A stretch of DNA of 64,000 nucleotides from Rhizodiscina lignyota (lineage: Eukaryota). Of this stretch, positions 46,701 through 58,170 are shown one piece after another. Made by a program: the position numbers and the translations under genes. Location: contig ML978121.1 in assembly GCA_010015805.1 (NCBI GenBank), positions 1,054,001 through 1,118,000 of the forward strand, given 5' to 3'. The notes under the pieces were generated by a model. That model searched no databases, was not told the DNA's origin, and was given only the letters and a program-made list of their open reading frames with translations. Positions within the stretch are counted from its first letter, which is position 1, and the number at the start of each line of letters is the position of its first letter.

Positions 46701-47839
46701 TCCTCGTCAGCATCCATCTCGTCGTCTTCTCCACCGGCCAAATTGGGGTCGTATTTCAGGAATCGTAGGGCCGCATCGATTGACTCGGCAGTGTACATGC
46801 GCATATCTTCGACGCAGCACGCAATGAAGCTCTCCAATGCTGCTAATGCTGCTTCCCGCACCTCGTCTGCTTCAGGATCGCGATCTTCAAGATCAGTAGA
46901 CTGTGCCATTTCGTCCTCTAGCTCGCTCTCGCTCAGTGCGGTAAGCACAAATGGCGCAAGCGTCTTGAGGTACGGACCGAACTTGCGCGGAATGCTTCTT
47001 GCCATACTTCCAAGCATCGTAACGTACAGCTTGCGCTTGTTGTGTGGGAGGTGCGGCTGTTTGAGGATCTCAATGATCTTGCTGACGAATTTCGACAGTA
47101 GGCCATCTGAGAAGTATGTGGAAAGCGCGGACATGGCAATCACGGACTTCTTCTTCAAGACGCTTCCGGCACGGTCACTATCCAATATCTCAAAGATTGT
47201 CTTTTGCAACGCAGATATCTCTACCTCTTGCAGCAGCGGTCCGTAGCAGCGAGCAACCTCGGTCAAGACATCAATCGCATTACTGTCAGTCCCATTCTCC
47301 AAGTCCAGGTCTAGCATGCCTTTAGGCGGCGGAGGAAGATCCTTTCGGCCAGTCGGAATGACAGTGTATCCAACCAGTCGTGGCATCAGAGCACGAGATA
47401 TGGCAGAGTAGGCTTCTCGTGCCCCGCTTGTCGGGGCGATGCCTTGCTGTGGACGTGGCAAGCTGACGACCATGGTTCGTAGTGCTAGTGCTGGGATAGA
47501 GTTATCCACGATATTGCCTGTCTGTAGCTGCGAGACCTTGTCGATCATCGGGCAGAGAATGCTCTCTGGTATTCGATTCACAAATGGACCCAAGCACCTA
47601 ATTGCCATGTTCTGCACGTCACCATGCGTATCATTCATTGTATTAAGGAAGCCATCGATCAACTTTGCCGACGTGCTGTAGTCGCTGGCCAAGATCATTT
47701 CTGATGATATGCTCAGCATGGAAAAGATGTCGTTCAGAGCCATGTAGCGAAAGTCGGAGTCATTGTCATAGAGCTTGGGCACAAGCTGTGCCAGATTATG
47801 GGCGCTTGGATTCGGAGGGATGGTAGACGAGGACGCCAT
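43722..47839 (-). CDS. CAND1: Cullin-associated NEDD8-dissociated protein 1 (CAND1/TIP120), full-length
   Basis: DSDFRYMALND, DVQNMAIRCLGP, YDPN, DDEDDASWKIRR, RFKEREESVR, RLKNELTRL and [24 protein letters not shown]. Intron 44605-44559. Confidence 0.97.
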
Positions 47840-48352
47840 TTTGGTACGTGTCTTCGTTGCAGGATTTCGACGGTAGGAAAGGGTAGAAGGAGAGGTGCCC
47901 ACGTGAACCCTTATATACCTGCATATAGTGTGTCATTCAGTGTTGTTTTGGTTGTACAAATAGGCAACTGTGGAAGCAGAATCCCAGGTAGTGGTGAGGT
48001 GTAGGTAAGCGACTGACCTGGAATTTCCGGTATATGGTTGGCTGTAGCGAGGAGTGAAAGCTTCAAAAACACGAAGCTTCCACCCTGCAGCCTTCAGGAG
48101 CAAAAGTGACGATGCAGGGAGTTTTGTTCACGTTGTTCATGCTTTGGTGGGGGATGTGGGATGTGGAGCTTGTAGGCTAGAGTAGCCCGGATGCGTGCTA
48201 GCGCCTCTAGGATTGGGAGCTCTTTCCGTCAGTCCTTGAAGTGAGCTGATCAAGAACATCCGAGCTTTTATACTTCGTACATCGCCGTTTCCTCCCAACC
48301 ACCGCCCTTCTTCCGCTCCTGACGGCTCAATTGCATCGATTGCAGCTCCAGG

Positions 48353-49258
48353 ATGATTTCTCTCAGATCTGCGGCCCTCCGCCGGCCCCTCGCACAGCAA
48401 TTCTCGAGATCCGCCAGGACAACGCTCCGTGCCGCCGAGCGGCATCCGTGGCAAAGAGCGGGTGCCAGAAGAGGTTATGCGGATGCACATGGCGAGGCTC
48501 AGAAGGCAGGCAGCGATCTGCCATGGTGAGTCTCATTCTCAGTCTCTTCTCGCTATGTGGCGAATCCTTCTCGCAGTGAAGCAGAGTTTAGAGGCCCCGA
48601 ACAGAGGCCGGGACGGCTGGGCTTGCGAAGCGCATTGTAGCGGAATTGTAGCTGACATGGCTTCTTTAGGGCAATTGGTGCGGTAGTGGTTACACTCCCT
48701 TCCTTGATATACCTGGCACCTTGGTCATCTCCGAGCGGCGGCCATCACGATGAGCACGGAGCTCACGGCGAAGCTCATGAGGAGAAGCACGAGGAGGCGC
48801 CTCCAGCCGAAGAGAAGTCGGAGGACAAGCCAGAGGAGGCCGAGAAGTCGGAGGAGAAGTCTGACGAGGCTCCCAAGGACGAAGAGAAGTCCGAGGACAA
48901 GCCAGAAGAAGGCGAGAAGAAGGACGAGTCGGATTCATCTGACAAGCCAGAAGGCGGTGATGCGGCAGAGAAGTCATCCGACGATTCTACCAAATCTGGC
49001 GAGCCGTCAGGTGAGAAGAAGGAAGAGCCATCCGGAAAGTCGGATACTGGAACAAAGACACGTATCGACTCTACTCAGAGCACTCCTCAAGGCGCCGCCA
49101 GCGATGAGGACAAGATCAGCAAGAGTTCTCAGGAAGGCATCAGCAACACACCAACCAAGCACTCCACAGACCAGACAAGCAACCCAGACCAGTCGAAGAA
49201 ACCGGAAGGAGCACCCGATTCGGCGAAACTCCCAGCGCCCGTCAAACCCGAAAGGTAG
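48353..49258 (+). CDS. Mitochondrially targeted single-pass protein with His-rich and Glu/Lys/Ser-rich tail
   Basis: Exon 1 (not in the ORF track) MISLRSAALRRPLAQQFSR...RRGYADAH...SDLPW. Intron 48526-48669. TM AIGAVVVTLPSLIYL, then HHDEHGAHGEAH and EEKSEDKPEE repeats. A possible terminal intron near 49256-49342 would extend the C-terminus. Confidence 0.75.
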
Positions 49259-50594
49259 TAAGAGTACTCAACTACCTTTCAATCTCCCTGGTATGGTGTA
49301 CGTATGAATCATGAGGGAGGCGGCTCACTGATACCGCCATAGGAGACTCAATTCCGGTGTAGAGCTCGAGCCGGTGGCATCAAAAGCATCCTTGGCCTAG
49401 ATTTTTGCGCTGGTTTTTGTTTGTACCTCTGAGAAAATGCTCCTTGGGCAACCTTGTACATTTACCTTCTAAATAGCTGCAATACTTAGTTTGGCCACTC
49501 CAGCCTTACAATCTCGTCCAAAGCGACAAGCTTCCATCTTGTCGTCTTCCGTTGTACCGCAACTGCTAGTGTCTCTCGTACTGTGTGACGCCCGACAACT
49601 GATATTATTACCTATTCAGATTTTCCTGGCCCGGGCTCCACGATCTCGTCTGATCTGTTGCCCTTTCCGGTTGTTTTTGCTCCACTGACTCTATATGCTT
49701 GGACCTTGGTATCATCGGAATGCTGTTTCCTCTCCTCCCGCAGGATTTGAGCCTAAAATTCGAGATCACTATCTACAAAGTCCTGACGTCAATCTCTTCT
49801 GCTGCTTTGACCTTCGAGTTCTGTCGTCTTCTCATTCTCCGCCAGATTGATGATTGCTGCATCCTGTGCCGCTGCTCTATTCGCCTTGGATTCCAATCCT
49901 ATGTAACATTGTCACATCTCCTCCGCCCGATTGGGGCTGACGTTTAAGGCTTGTGCTTTATGCTACATCCTGCTCTTCTGCTGCATCGATTATATGGCTT
50001 CAGAATCTCAACATCTATTGCTAGTTCTCGTCCCTCCCCGGCTTTAGAGCCTGTTGTTCAAACTCTCTATCTACTGCCTCCTGGATTCTTCTGGTGCATC
50101 GCGTACAGGCCCTAGAGTCTCTCCTCTTCCGTAGTCATTATTTCTTTTACGGGTCTGTGCCTAGCATCGTAAGTCCTCCATTAAACTGGGCTCCCTCTTC
50201 TTCTGCGTTGTGACGTTAAATGCTTATTCATCCTCTGTTCGTTTGTCCTCCGTTCATTTGATATCATATGCGCAGCCTCTATCAACTGCCAACTTCATGC
50301 CCTCTATCGTGTTAAGCACGGCATTTGGAAGCAGGTAAACCTCTGAAGATGGCAATATTCAGGCGGGAACGGAGTTGTTCTCGAGCATCACGTATCGAGC
50401 AGCTGTCTTTGAAATCACGAGAAACTAGTCGTCATTGCTCCTGCTGGGGGTATCTCGACTATCTGTACATAGAATACAGGTAGGGGCCGCAGAAAAACCC
50501 AAGAAGCCCAAGAAAAAGCCAAAAAACCAAAACCCAACAAGAAATCCAGAATTTGCCATGTGGGTCATTAATCGCCATCACATTATCCTCCGCC

Positions 50595-50833
50595 GCAAAT
50601 CCACTTTGTATGAAACAGAATGCAAAGGGCCCCTCGGGCCTTCGTCGTGGTGGCGATCGATCATCGTGTATGCATTGCCTGCTGCTTAGGCATTGCATGC
50701 TGCTTTGTATGCCGGAAACCGGCAGAGAGCAAATCCACTTGTGTGAAACAGAACGCAAAGGGCCCATCGTGATGGCGATTGATCGTGAATGCATCGTGTG
50801 CTGCTTGAGCATTGCATGCTACTTGGCATGCCG
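50595..50833. repeat. Diverged tandem duplication (~105-135 bp) downstream of the GPCR stop
   Basis: GCAAATCCACTT(T)GT(A/G)TGAAACAGAA(T/C)GCAAAGGGCCC...GGCGAT..AT...TGCTGCTT..GCATTGCATGCT.CTT...ATGCCG at 50595-50713 and 50729-50833. Confidence 0.85.
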
Positions 50834-50864
50834 AGAGAAAGAAAGAAAAAGCCCCGCTTTTGGA

Positions 50865-52492
50865 TTATTCGCCGGGCTCGGTGCGCGTGATGTTCACGCT
50901 CGTCTCGACCTTGACTTGGCCGAACGCCGGCGTGCCTGGAGGCAGGTACGGTTCTCTGTCGCTTGGAACGCGTGTCTCGTCGCTGGCGGGGCTCTGGCCA
51001 CGAGCGGGGAAAAACGCAGGGTTCTGGATGGGTGAGACATGGCCAGGAGTGTTGCGGCCGCTGCCAGGGTGTGAGCCGGCGGTGATGGCGGCCTTGGGCT
51101 TCTTCAGCTTGAAGGGAAGTTCGGGATGGAGGCTGGAGATGAGCTCCTTCTCATCGCCCTCGCTGACGCGGTCGAGGTTATCCTTCTGTGGTGCCGGCTT
51201 CTCCTTCTTAGCAGAGCTGCGGCGGCTGACAAAGGGAAATGGTATGGAGGATTCCTTGCGCTCACTCTGGCGTGAGAAGCTGCGGAAATTTGACTCGACT
51301 TCCTTGACGTCCTTGCCGCCAGAAATGGTAGTTGTCGTGCCGGGAGGGGTAGTGTCGCCATCGCCGTCCCAGTCGTAGCTGCGAAGGTTGGTGAGATTAG
51401 TGCAGTCGTCGTCAAAGTACCTATTCCGGCTCCTTTCACTCGCTCTCGATAGGCCTGGGCCAGTACCGTTGGTACCACGATTGTGATATGCAGTGGACTG
51501 ATTCTGGGGCACACGGCGAGAAGCCAGGACATTTCGTGTGAGCGAGTACATGAGCGCGTCCATCCAGCCGCAACTGGTGATAAGACAGCCAGCGATGATC
51601 ATAACAGGATCCGAGGCAGCCTTTCCGTGGTGGGACATGGTCCACATGCGAGACGCGGCCAGTGGGAGCGTGAGAATAACATAGATGGTCGGGTAGATCA
51701 ACATGTACTTCTGCTGACGCTCGAGTGTGCTGGATTGGCCGGAAACAGCTTTGAAAATGCGCAGATGTTTCCGCAGCTTCCATGCAACCGCGCCGTATAG
51801 GAAGACTGTGCCGAACTCGAAGAAGAAGATCCAAACGTAATGGCTCCAGAGGCGGTCATTCTCGAACTCCACGTTGATCCAACACTAAAGAGCGTGTTAG
51901 TCTTTCGGAACTATCCAGGAGTGTTCTTACTCACCCAAGCTGCGGCTTTGGCGTAGCATTTTTTGCCTCGAATGATCGGGGGCAAGGTCGCCATGACCAG
52001 GCAGAAAAACCAGGCCAATAACACGAAAAGGACAAAAAGTCCATAAGTCATTTCCCTGCGCCACCTAACCAAAGAAAGGGAGGTGTGAACCGCAATTAAG
52101 AACACGAACATTCCACTTGCGACATCACCCAAGTGAAGCAGCCAACCTTGCGCCCAACACGCGCCGGTAGGAGCCAGAATTGCGTCCACTGCTTCCCAGT
52201 GGAAGCTGAAGAGGAAGGACAAGGCCTGAAGGAAGTCGGCAACAAGGAGGTTGAAGTATAGGATGTACAGTTGGCGCTGATAAAGACGGTAACCTTTGCG
52301 GTTGCGAGTCACCACCATCTGCCAGATCAGGTAAGAAATCATTGCCGTGGTTGCGAGAACTGAGAGGACAGCGATGAGGCCGAGAGGATACATGCCAATA
52401 TGCAGGTCCCTGTTGAGCTTGAAGACGCTTGCTGGGTAGGGGAAGTAGTGCTCTTCACCCGCTTTGGGGATCGAGCCCACTGGAGGCGCCAT
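50865..52492 (-). CDS. Git3/Gpr1-family (glucose-receptor-like) 7TM G protein-coupled receptor
   Basis: NLLVADFLQALSF, CWAQGWLLHLGDVASG.F...IAVHT, AAAW|CWIN..RLWSHYVW, YMLIYPTIYVILTLPLAASRM and GWMDALMYSLTR. Intron 51934-51885. Confidence 0.88.
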
Positions 52493-55284
52493 TTTTGATA
52501 TCGCACAGAAGATCTCGAGTCGAGGAGTGGTGAGGTCGTTGAGAATGTCACAGAGGAACGCCTGGCAATCAGATGCTGCTCATCGCCCTCCTCCGGCTTC
52601 GTTGTGGTGAAGCATGCGAGGTGGAGGAAGCTGGAGAAGTTGGAAGCGTGTGTTGAATTTTGATATTGGTGGCCTAGCGGAGGAAAATAGTGACGTATCC
52701 CAGGCGGAAAGAGAGAAGTTTACAATCTTGTGTTTGCAAACGTTCTCTCGTGACGTGTTGGCCGTAGTTTGTCGCGTTTGTAAACGCCGTTCAGTGAAGT
52801 CGAAACGCGGGGGCCGTACGGCTAGCCTCGAGGTTTTATTCACCACAAAACACAAATTTTCGGGGCCCGAGCTTCTTTCCCAATGCTGAATGACGAAGAG
52901 TGAGTGTTAGTTGCGCCTAAACTCCTTGGATCCTGGATATATTGCCGAGTCGCGCGCAGGCCGTGCAAACAGTAGGATTAAGAGAGGGAGTGGGACGACG
53001 ATGTGATTTAAGAGAGTGGATAGGGGATGAGCAGATGGGAGAGGTAAGGCAGATAACTAGGTAGGGAAGTCCGGAGGCTTCCAGCCGGAGTAGGCTCAGC
53101 AAAGTCACCGTGCTCGGGGTAAGATATGGGGATATGGTTATTATTTCTCGACCTCCCCTGTCCGCCAGACTTACAAACTGTAGGGGGTGCCTGTTCCTCT
53201 TTCGCGAACATACGTCGGCAAGTGCATGAGCTATCCGGCTTTCTCTAAAAAGAAAGCTATTAGCATAGGCATCTTGACGTCTGTCTCTACCTTCCCGCAG
53301 GATGCCGGCATCGCAGGCCAAACGAACAGCAGAGACTCGAGGTTCACGACAAACCAAGGCCTTGGGCGCTTCAATTGCCGGGGAAAGCCACACAACGAAC
53401 GAAATCTCCTTGGTACTGTGCCGGAGCGTTTCCAGCGAGTGATAGAGGCTGTGAGCCCGCCGATTGCGCGTTGACTGGGCGCATCAGCAGGCGCTTCACG
53501 CAGACGGCGATCAGCAGGTGCTGCGAGTGAAGTGCCTCCCGAGCTCTCCAAAGAGTCAGGTTGCACAGGTATTGCTCCGCTGACGCGCCCGCCGCTGCCG
53601 GGTGTCTCCAAACCGATGGGATCATTTTGCGGGTCATACAGGGCATCCCACGTCCGAGCTGCCGCCATGGCTTTACCTTTGTCGCGTCTGCACGTGGGCC
53701 CTGGACCTCACAGTGGCCGATGCAATGCCCGTGCCAGGTCAGGCTCATCTCGAAACCTGGGATGAGTGCTGTCACGGAGCATGAAAAGGGCGAGGCCTGT
53801 TTGGAAAACGCCCGCCCACGTTGCACGCGACTCAGGAACAGAGGAAAGCCGCCGGCGATTGATACTCGGATCGCATTTTTCTCGAGTCGCACGAGGGTGT
53901 CTATTCTCATCGTCAGGCCAACCGCCAATTTGAGATGGGCCTAACGGAAGGCCGCTTGCTCGCGAATGCTGCGCGTAATGCGTTCGGGATAGTCACACAG
54001 CACCGCGCAGCTCCCTAAGGCATAAGATGACCGTTAATTTGACGCAGCCTGGTAGGCCTGGGATCGCTTGGGACTCGCATTGGCCGCCGACGGGACCACG
54101 GCGAGTTACGATCTTCATTGACGATCAGGAACAGCCTGCGAGGTAGGGGTGCTGCAGACAAAAGCAGCCAGCTTCCGCAAATCCCCTCCCGTAATGGACA
54201 AAGAGCGGATTCGAGGCCGAAAATGACAGGTTGTAGTGTGGCTTCCGCCATCTGACCCCTTCATCGTCGAGCATTTTCGTAGCGCCGTCGCGCTGTGGAG
54301 GTGGAAGAGGCGCCCGCCGTTGCCGCGCATTCAGGCCGATCCCTACTGGGCGACTGCTGCAACGATGCGACTCCTGCTCGATTGATGGATCATAGTCGAT
54401 GTACGTCCGAGTCGTGAAGATAGAGCAGCACGTTTCGCGGACGTAGATCTGTAAGCAAAGAAAGCGCGCCCGATTCACAACCCACAAGGTCAGGCTCCCC
54501 CTGCAGAAGCGAGCAGATTCACAATCATACCACGCGACGTCTAGACTTGCGCTCGTCCGCCGCCTCGCGAGGAGAGACGACAGCTAGCGCGTAGTCCACG
54601 GCGCCGCAAAACGTGGGCCGGGGAAATGTGTCTCGGCGTGGAGCCGCCCGGCGCGCCTCCCCTTTTCCTCCTCTCCTACATTCTGCACATGGAAAGGTTC
54701 CCGTGCACGTGAGCCTATCAGCAAATTATTTGCAGGACTAAGCCCCAGGTTGTGTGGCTGTCAAGCTTTGTGGAGCGATTTAGGGCTCCTTAGGCCGAGA
54801 ACCTGGCAGAGCGCTGGCAAATCACGAAAGGTCGTATTCAGAAATTGCCATTGCGGCTGACAGATTGACCCCTCAATGCACTGAATGCAGAGCATTTGCA
54901 TTGCGCGTGAACAATCATTACTGCTAACAGCCGTTCATCAGAGAATTCTGATGCCTCGGAAATAAACCTAATAACCGGCGGACAGGCTCATGCTGGCATA
55001 AGACTATTTCTCAGCTCAAAAACCCCCCGGTCCAACCATGAAACCCGTGTTGCCCCACCAAAACCGCTGAAAGGGAAAAGCTCCAGATATTACGCCTTGC
55101 AATGCAGAGGGTATTCGGTAGGGCTGTTCTCAAGAACAGCCGGATAGGACAATATCGATAAGCCGCACAAACTCTTTGATATCCTGACTCGAGACCGCAA
55201 AAGAAAAGAAGAAACGTGGCAAGCGAGCCAGCCTCTCTCACCCGCCAGACTTCCCGCTCTTTGCGCCATCCCGCTGGCTGAAAT

Positions 55285-56782
55285 CTAGAGGCGCCCCATC
55301 ATGCCATCCTCAGCATTAGGGGCATTCTGATATGATCTTCCCGTATGCGAGGGTTGGTTATGAGTGTCCATTTGGACCGCCGTCGGGGGTGCATCGCTGC
55401 TGGAACGACCACGCTTCGTACGCGTATTCAGGGGCGAATCTCCGTTTGCTATCGACCTGCTCGGATCTGCACTGCCATCATAGCCACCATAACCTCGACC
55501 TTGACCTTGGGACCCCGGGCGTAAGCTTGGGTCTTGATATCTTGATCGGGACGGGGAGCTATGTATGCCAGATTGGTCGGCAATGTACTCACTGTTACCC
55601 AGAGCGACATTTGGCCGTCTGACATCGGCTGCCGAAGCGGGCTCTTCATCAGGCTGGAAAACCTCATCTTCCTTGTCGTCAAAGTCTTGGCCAGGATTTG
55701 CAGTCTCATACTCCAATGTTTTGATCAATCGATAGAAGATCACGGAAATCAAACTACCCAATGCAGGTCCGACCCAGTAGATCCAGTGGTAACCATTGAA
55801 TTTGTGATTCACGACGTCCGGTCCGAATGAACGCGCCGGATTGAGCGATCCGCCCGTATAGTACACCCCTGATCATCAAATTAGTGAACACTTCAGTCGG
55901 TTGGAAATGCGACCTGCAGATCTATACGTATAAGGCTGTCTGGGGTACATACCAGCGAGCTCGGCAATGAACAAGGACAGACCGATACCGATGGGAGCGA
56001 GGAAAGTGCCCTTGTGCTTCTCTGCCGCAAGCATAAAGCTTGCTCTTACTCAGCGTCGGGCACAATTGGTCGAAGCGAGTTTCACTTACATGGTGAACAC
56101 AAGCTGCACAGTCAGGAACATTTCGATGAAAAGTCCTCTTGTAACGGATGTACCTCCTCCGAGTGTCGTGCGAACATTGAGAGGTCCGGGAAATAGCGCG
56201 GATACTACTCCAGCAGCGGCCATGGAACCGCATATTTGAGCGGTGAAGACTATCAGTCCACGAAAGTAGCCGACAGCACCTATCATGCACATTCCTAGGG
56301 TGACCTATTCCAGGTAGCCATCAGCAAAGCTTCATTTCGAGGGTTCCCCAGAGATGACCCACGGCCGGATTGAACAATCCTCCACTTATACGGAAGAAGG
56401 CCCAAACATTCACGGCCAGCGAGAAGCCGAAAGCCAAGGCAATGTAGAGCAATACGCTTGGATTCGGAGCTTGAGAGACAGATCCTCCTTGAGTAACTGT
56501 CGCGGCACCGGCATTTGCGACTTGAGTGGCGGCGAATGCGAAGAATAGGAACATGAACGTCCTGACAACTCTGTCAGTACTCGTCGATGATGAGGCATGA
56601 AGAATGGAGCCCGTCAATTACCCAGCAAATTCTCCCGCCCAGGCGATAAAGTGGTTGCGGACTTTATTAGGAAGCCATCCAAAGCCACGGAGACGTCGCT
56701 CATAAGGATGATTGGGGTCACCAGTCTTCGCCCGTACGAAGGGCAAGACCATGAGGTTATCCGAAGGTTTGTTGATGTTCAT
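55285..56782 (-). CDS. Orthodox aquaporin (MIP family, Aqy1-like)
   Basis: NHFIAWAGEFAGTFMFLFFAF, ISGGLFNPA and YTGGSLNPARSFGP (two NPA motifs), and HWIYWVGP. Four GT-AG introns and a long hydrophilic C-tail. Confidence 0.93.
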
Positions 56783-58170
56783 GGTGACGTAGTCTTATCG
56801 AAAGGTAGGAAGCCAATTTCAGGAGTGTACGAAAGTACAGGACTCTTAGGTAGGATGAAAGTGCGAGTACTAGGACGAAACGCTACACGACGAACCAAGA
56901 ACAAGAGAATTCGATAAAGGAAAAGCTTGCAAGAAAGTTTTGGCAGCAGCAGCAGCGAGAAAGAGGATAGAGATGGGAAATTGTAAAAGTCGATGAGGCA
57001 GCGGCTCCACAGCTGAACATCAAGTTGCCGCTTCATGACGAAGGTGGAGCGGTTGCCCCAACCCCAAGACGGCAACGGCTAGGCTAGATGGCATGAGCAC
57101 GTTGAAAATCGGGGTCCAGTGCTTCAGCCATAAGAACCAACTCAAGGCGGGAGGGAAGTGGATGCCTCTGGCTTGGAGCCATCATTGGCGCGCTGCAGTG
57201 CAGACGGTAGCGATCCAACCCGCACCTCGATCGCCATGAGCGTGATGGAATCGCAACTGAATCGGGCGTCGATAGCTGGCAGCAGGCTTCTTTACATGCC
57301 CGCGGTTATGAGCAGAACTGCAGAATTGGCATTACTTTAGCAGAAGAGCGATTGCGCAGACCACGAGAAGAAGATCGATGAGGCTCTTCTGAAGTGGTCG
57401 AAGTGTATGACGATATGAACGGCGTGGCAAGGCCCGCGGAGGGATTTTCGATGCTGTGAAAATCAGCAACCAGGATGGCTGGTCTAGCGTTGGCCAGCCT
57501 CTGCGCCTGTCTTAGGATGGTTTGAGGCGTTTCTTCACCCAGACTCTAGTGTGCGACATGTGCGCACCCATTTGATGGAGCAAGGCCAGGACGAGGGTGA
57601 CGAGAGTGTGCGCTGGAGAGCAGGCCGAGTCTCCTCACGCACACAGGAAAGCTCCGGAATTGTAGCTCGAGCATGGCGGAGATGACTCGGCTGCGTGATT
57701 CGAGATGCGTGCAAACAGCCACACGTGAGCGGCTCTCGTGCGCTGCGGCGGGCCCTCCTGCCATCCACCCCCCAGCACCACTTGACCCGGCGATCATGAC
57801 CATGACGCTTCGTCGAACCTGAAACCCTACCAAAGCACTTCACCTTCACCAAGTCGCACGCTTCTCTGTGTGGCCGCGGCCCTATGTTACGCTTCGAGCA
57901 TATGTCTATTGCATACCACCTTCGCGCCGTTTCCTAACTCGAGATATCACCTCCCACACCGGCCCCAGGAATACGACCACCAAGCACTTCCCCGCATTCG
58001 TCGTCCCATCCTACGCCTCCACCGTCGACTACCACATCGAACGTTCGCCGCATCGCTAGCCGCTATACTTATGGACTAGACGTACTCGCAGTCACGACTG
58101 TATATACATTTGGGAAGGTTTTCTGGCTTGGTCTGCGGGGCCACGGAGTCGCGCGTCGCCCGCCGCCGCA

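Noticed and set aside
52580..55240. Multiple ORFs of 60-185 aa between the GPCR and the aquaporin
   Set aside because: Overlapping in all frames with no family motifs; more consistent with a long regulatory region.
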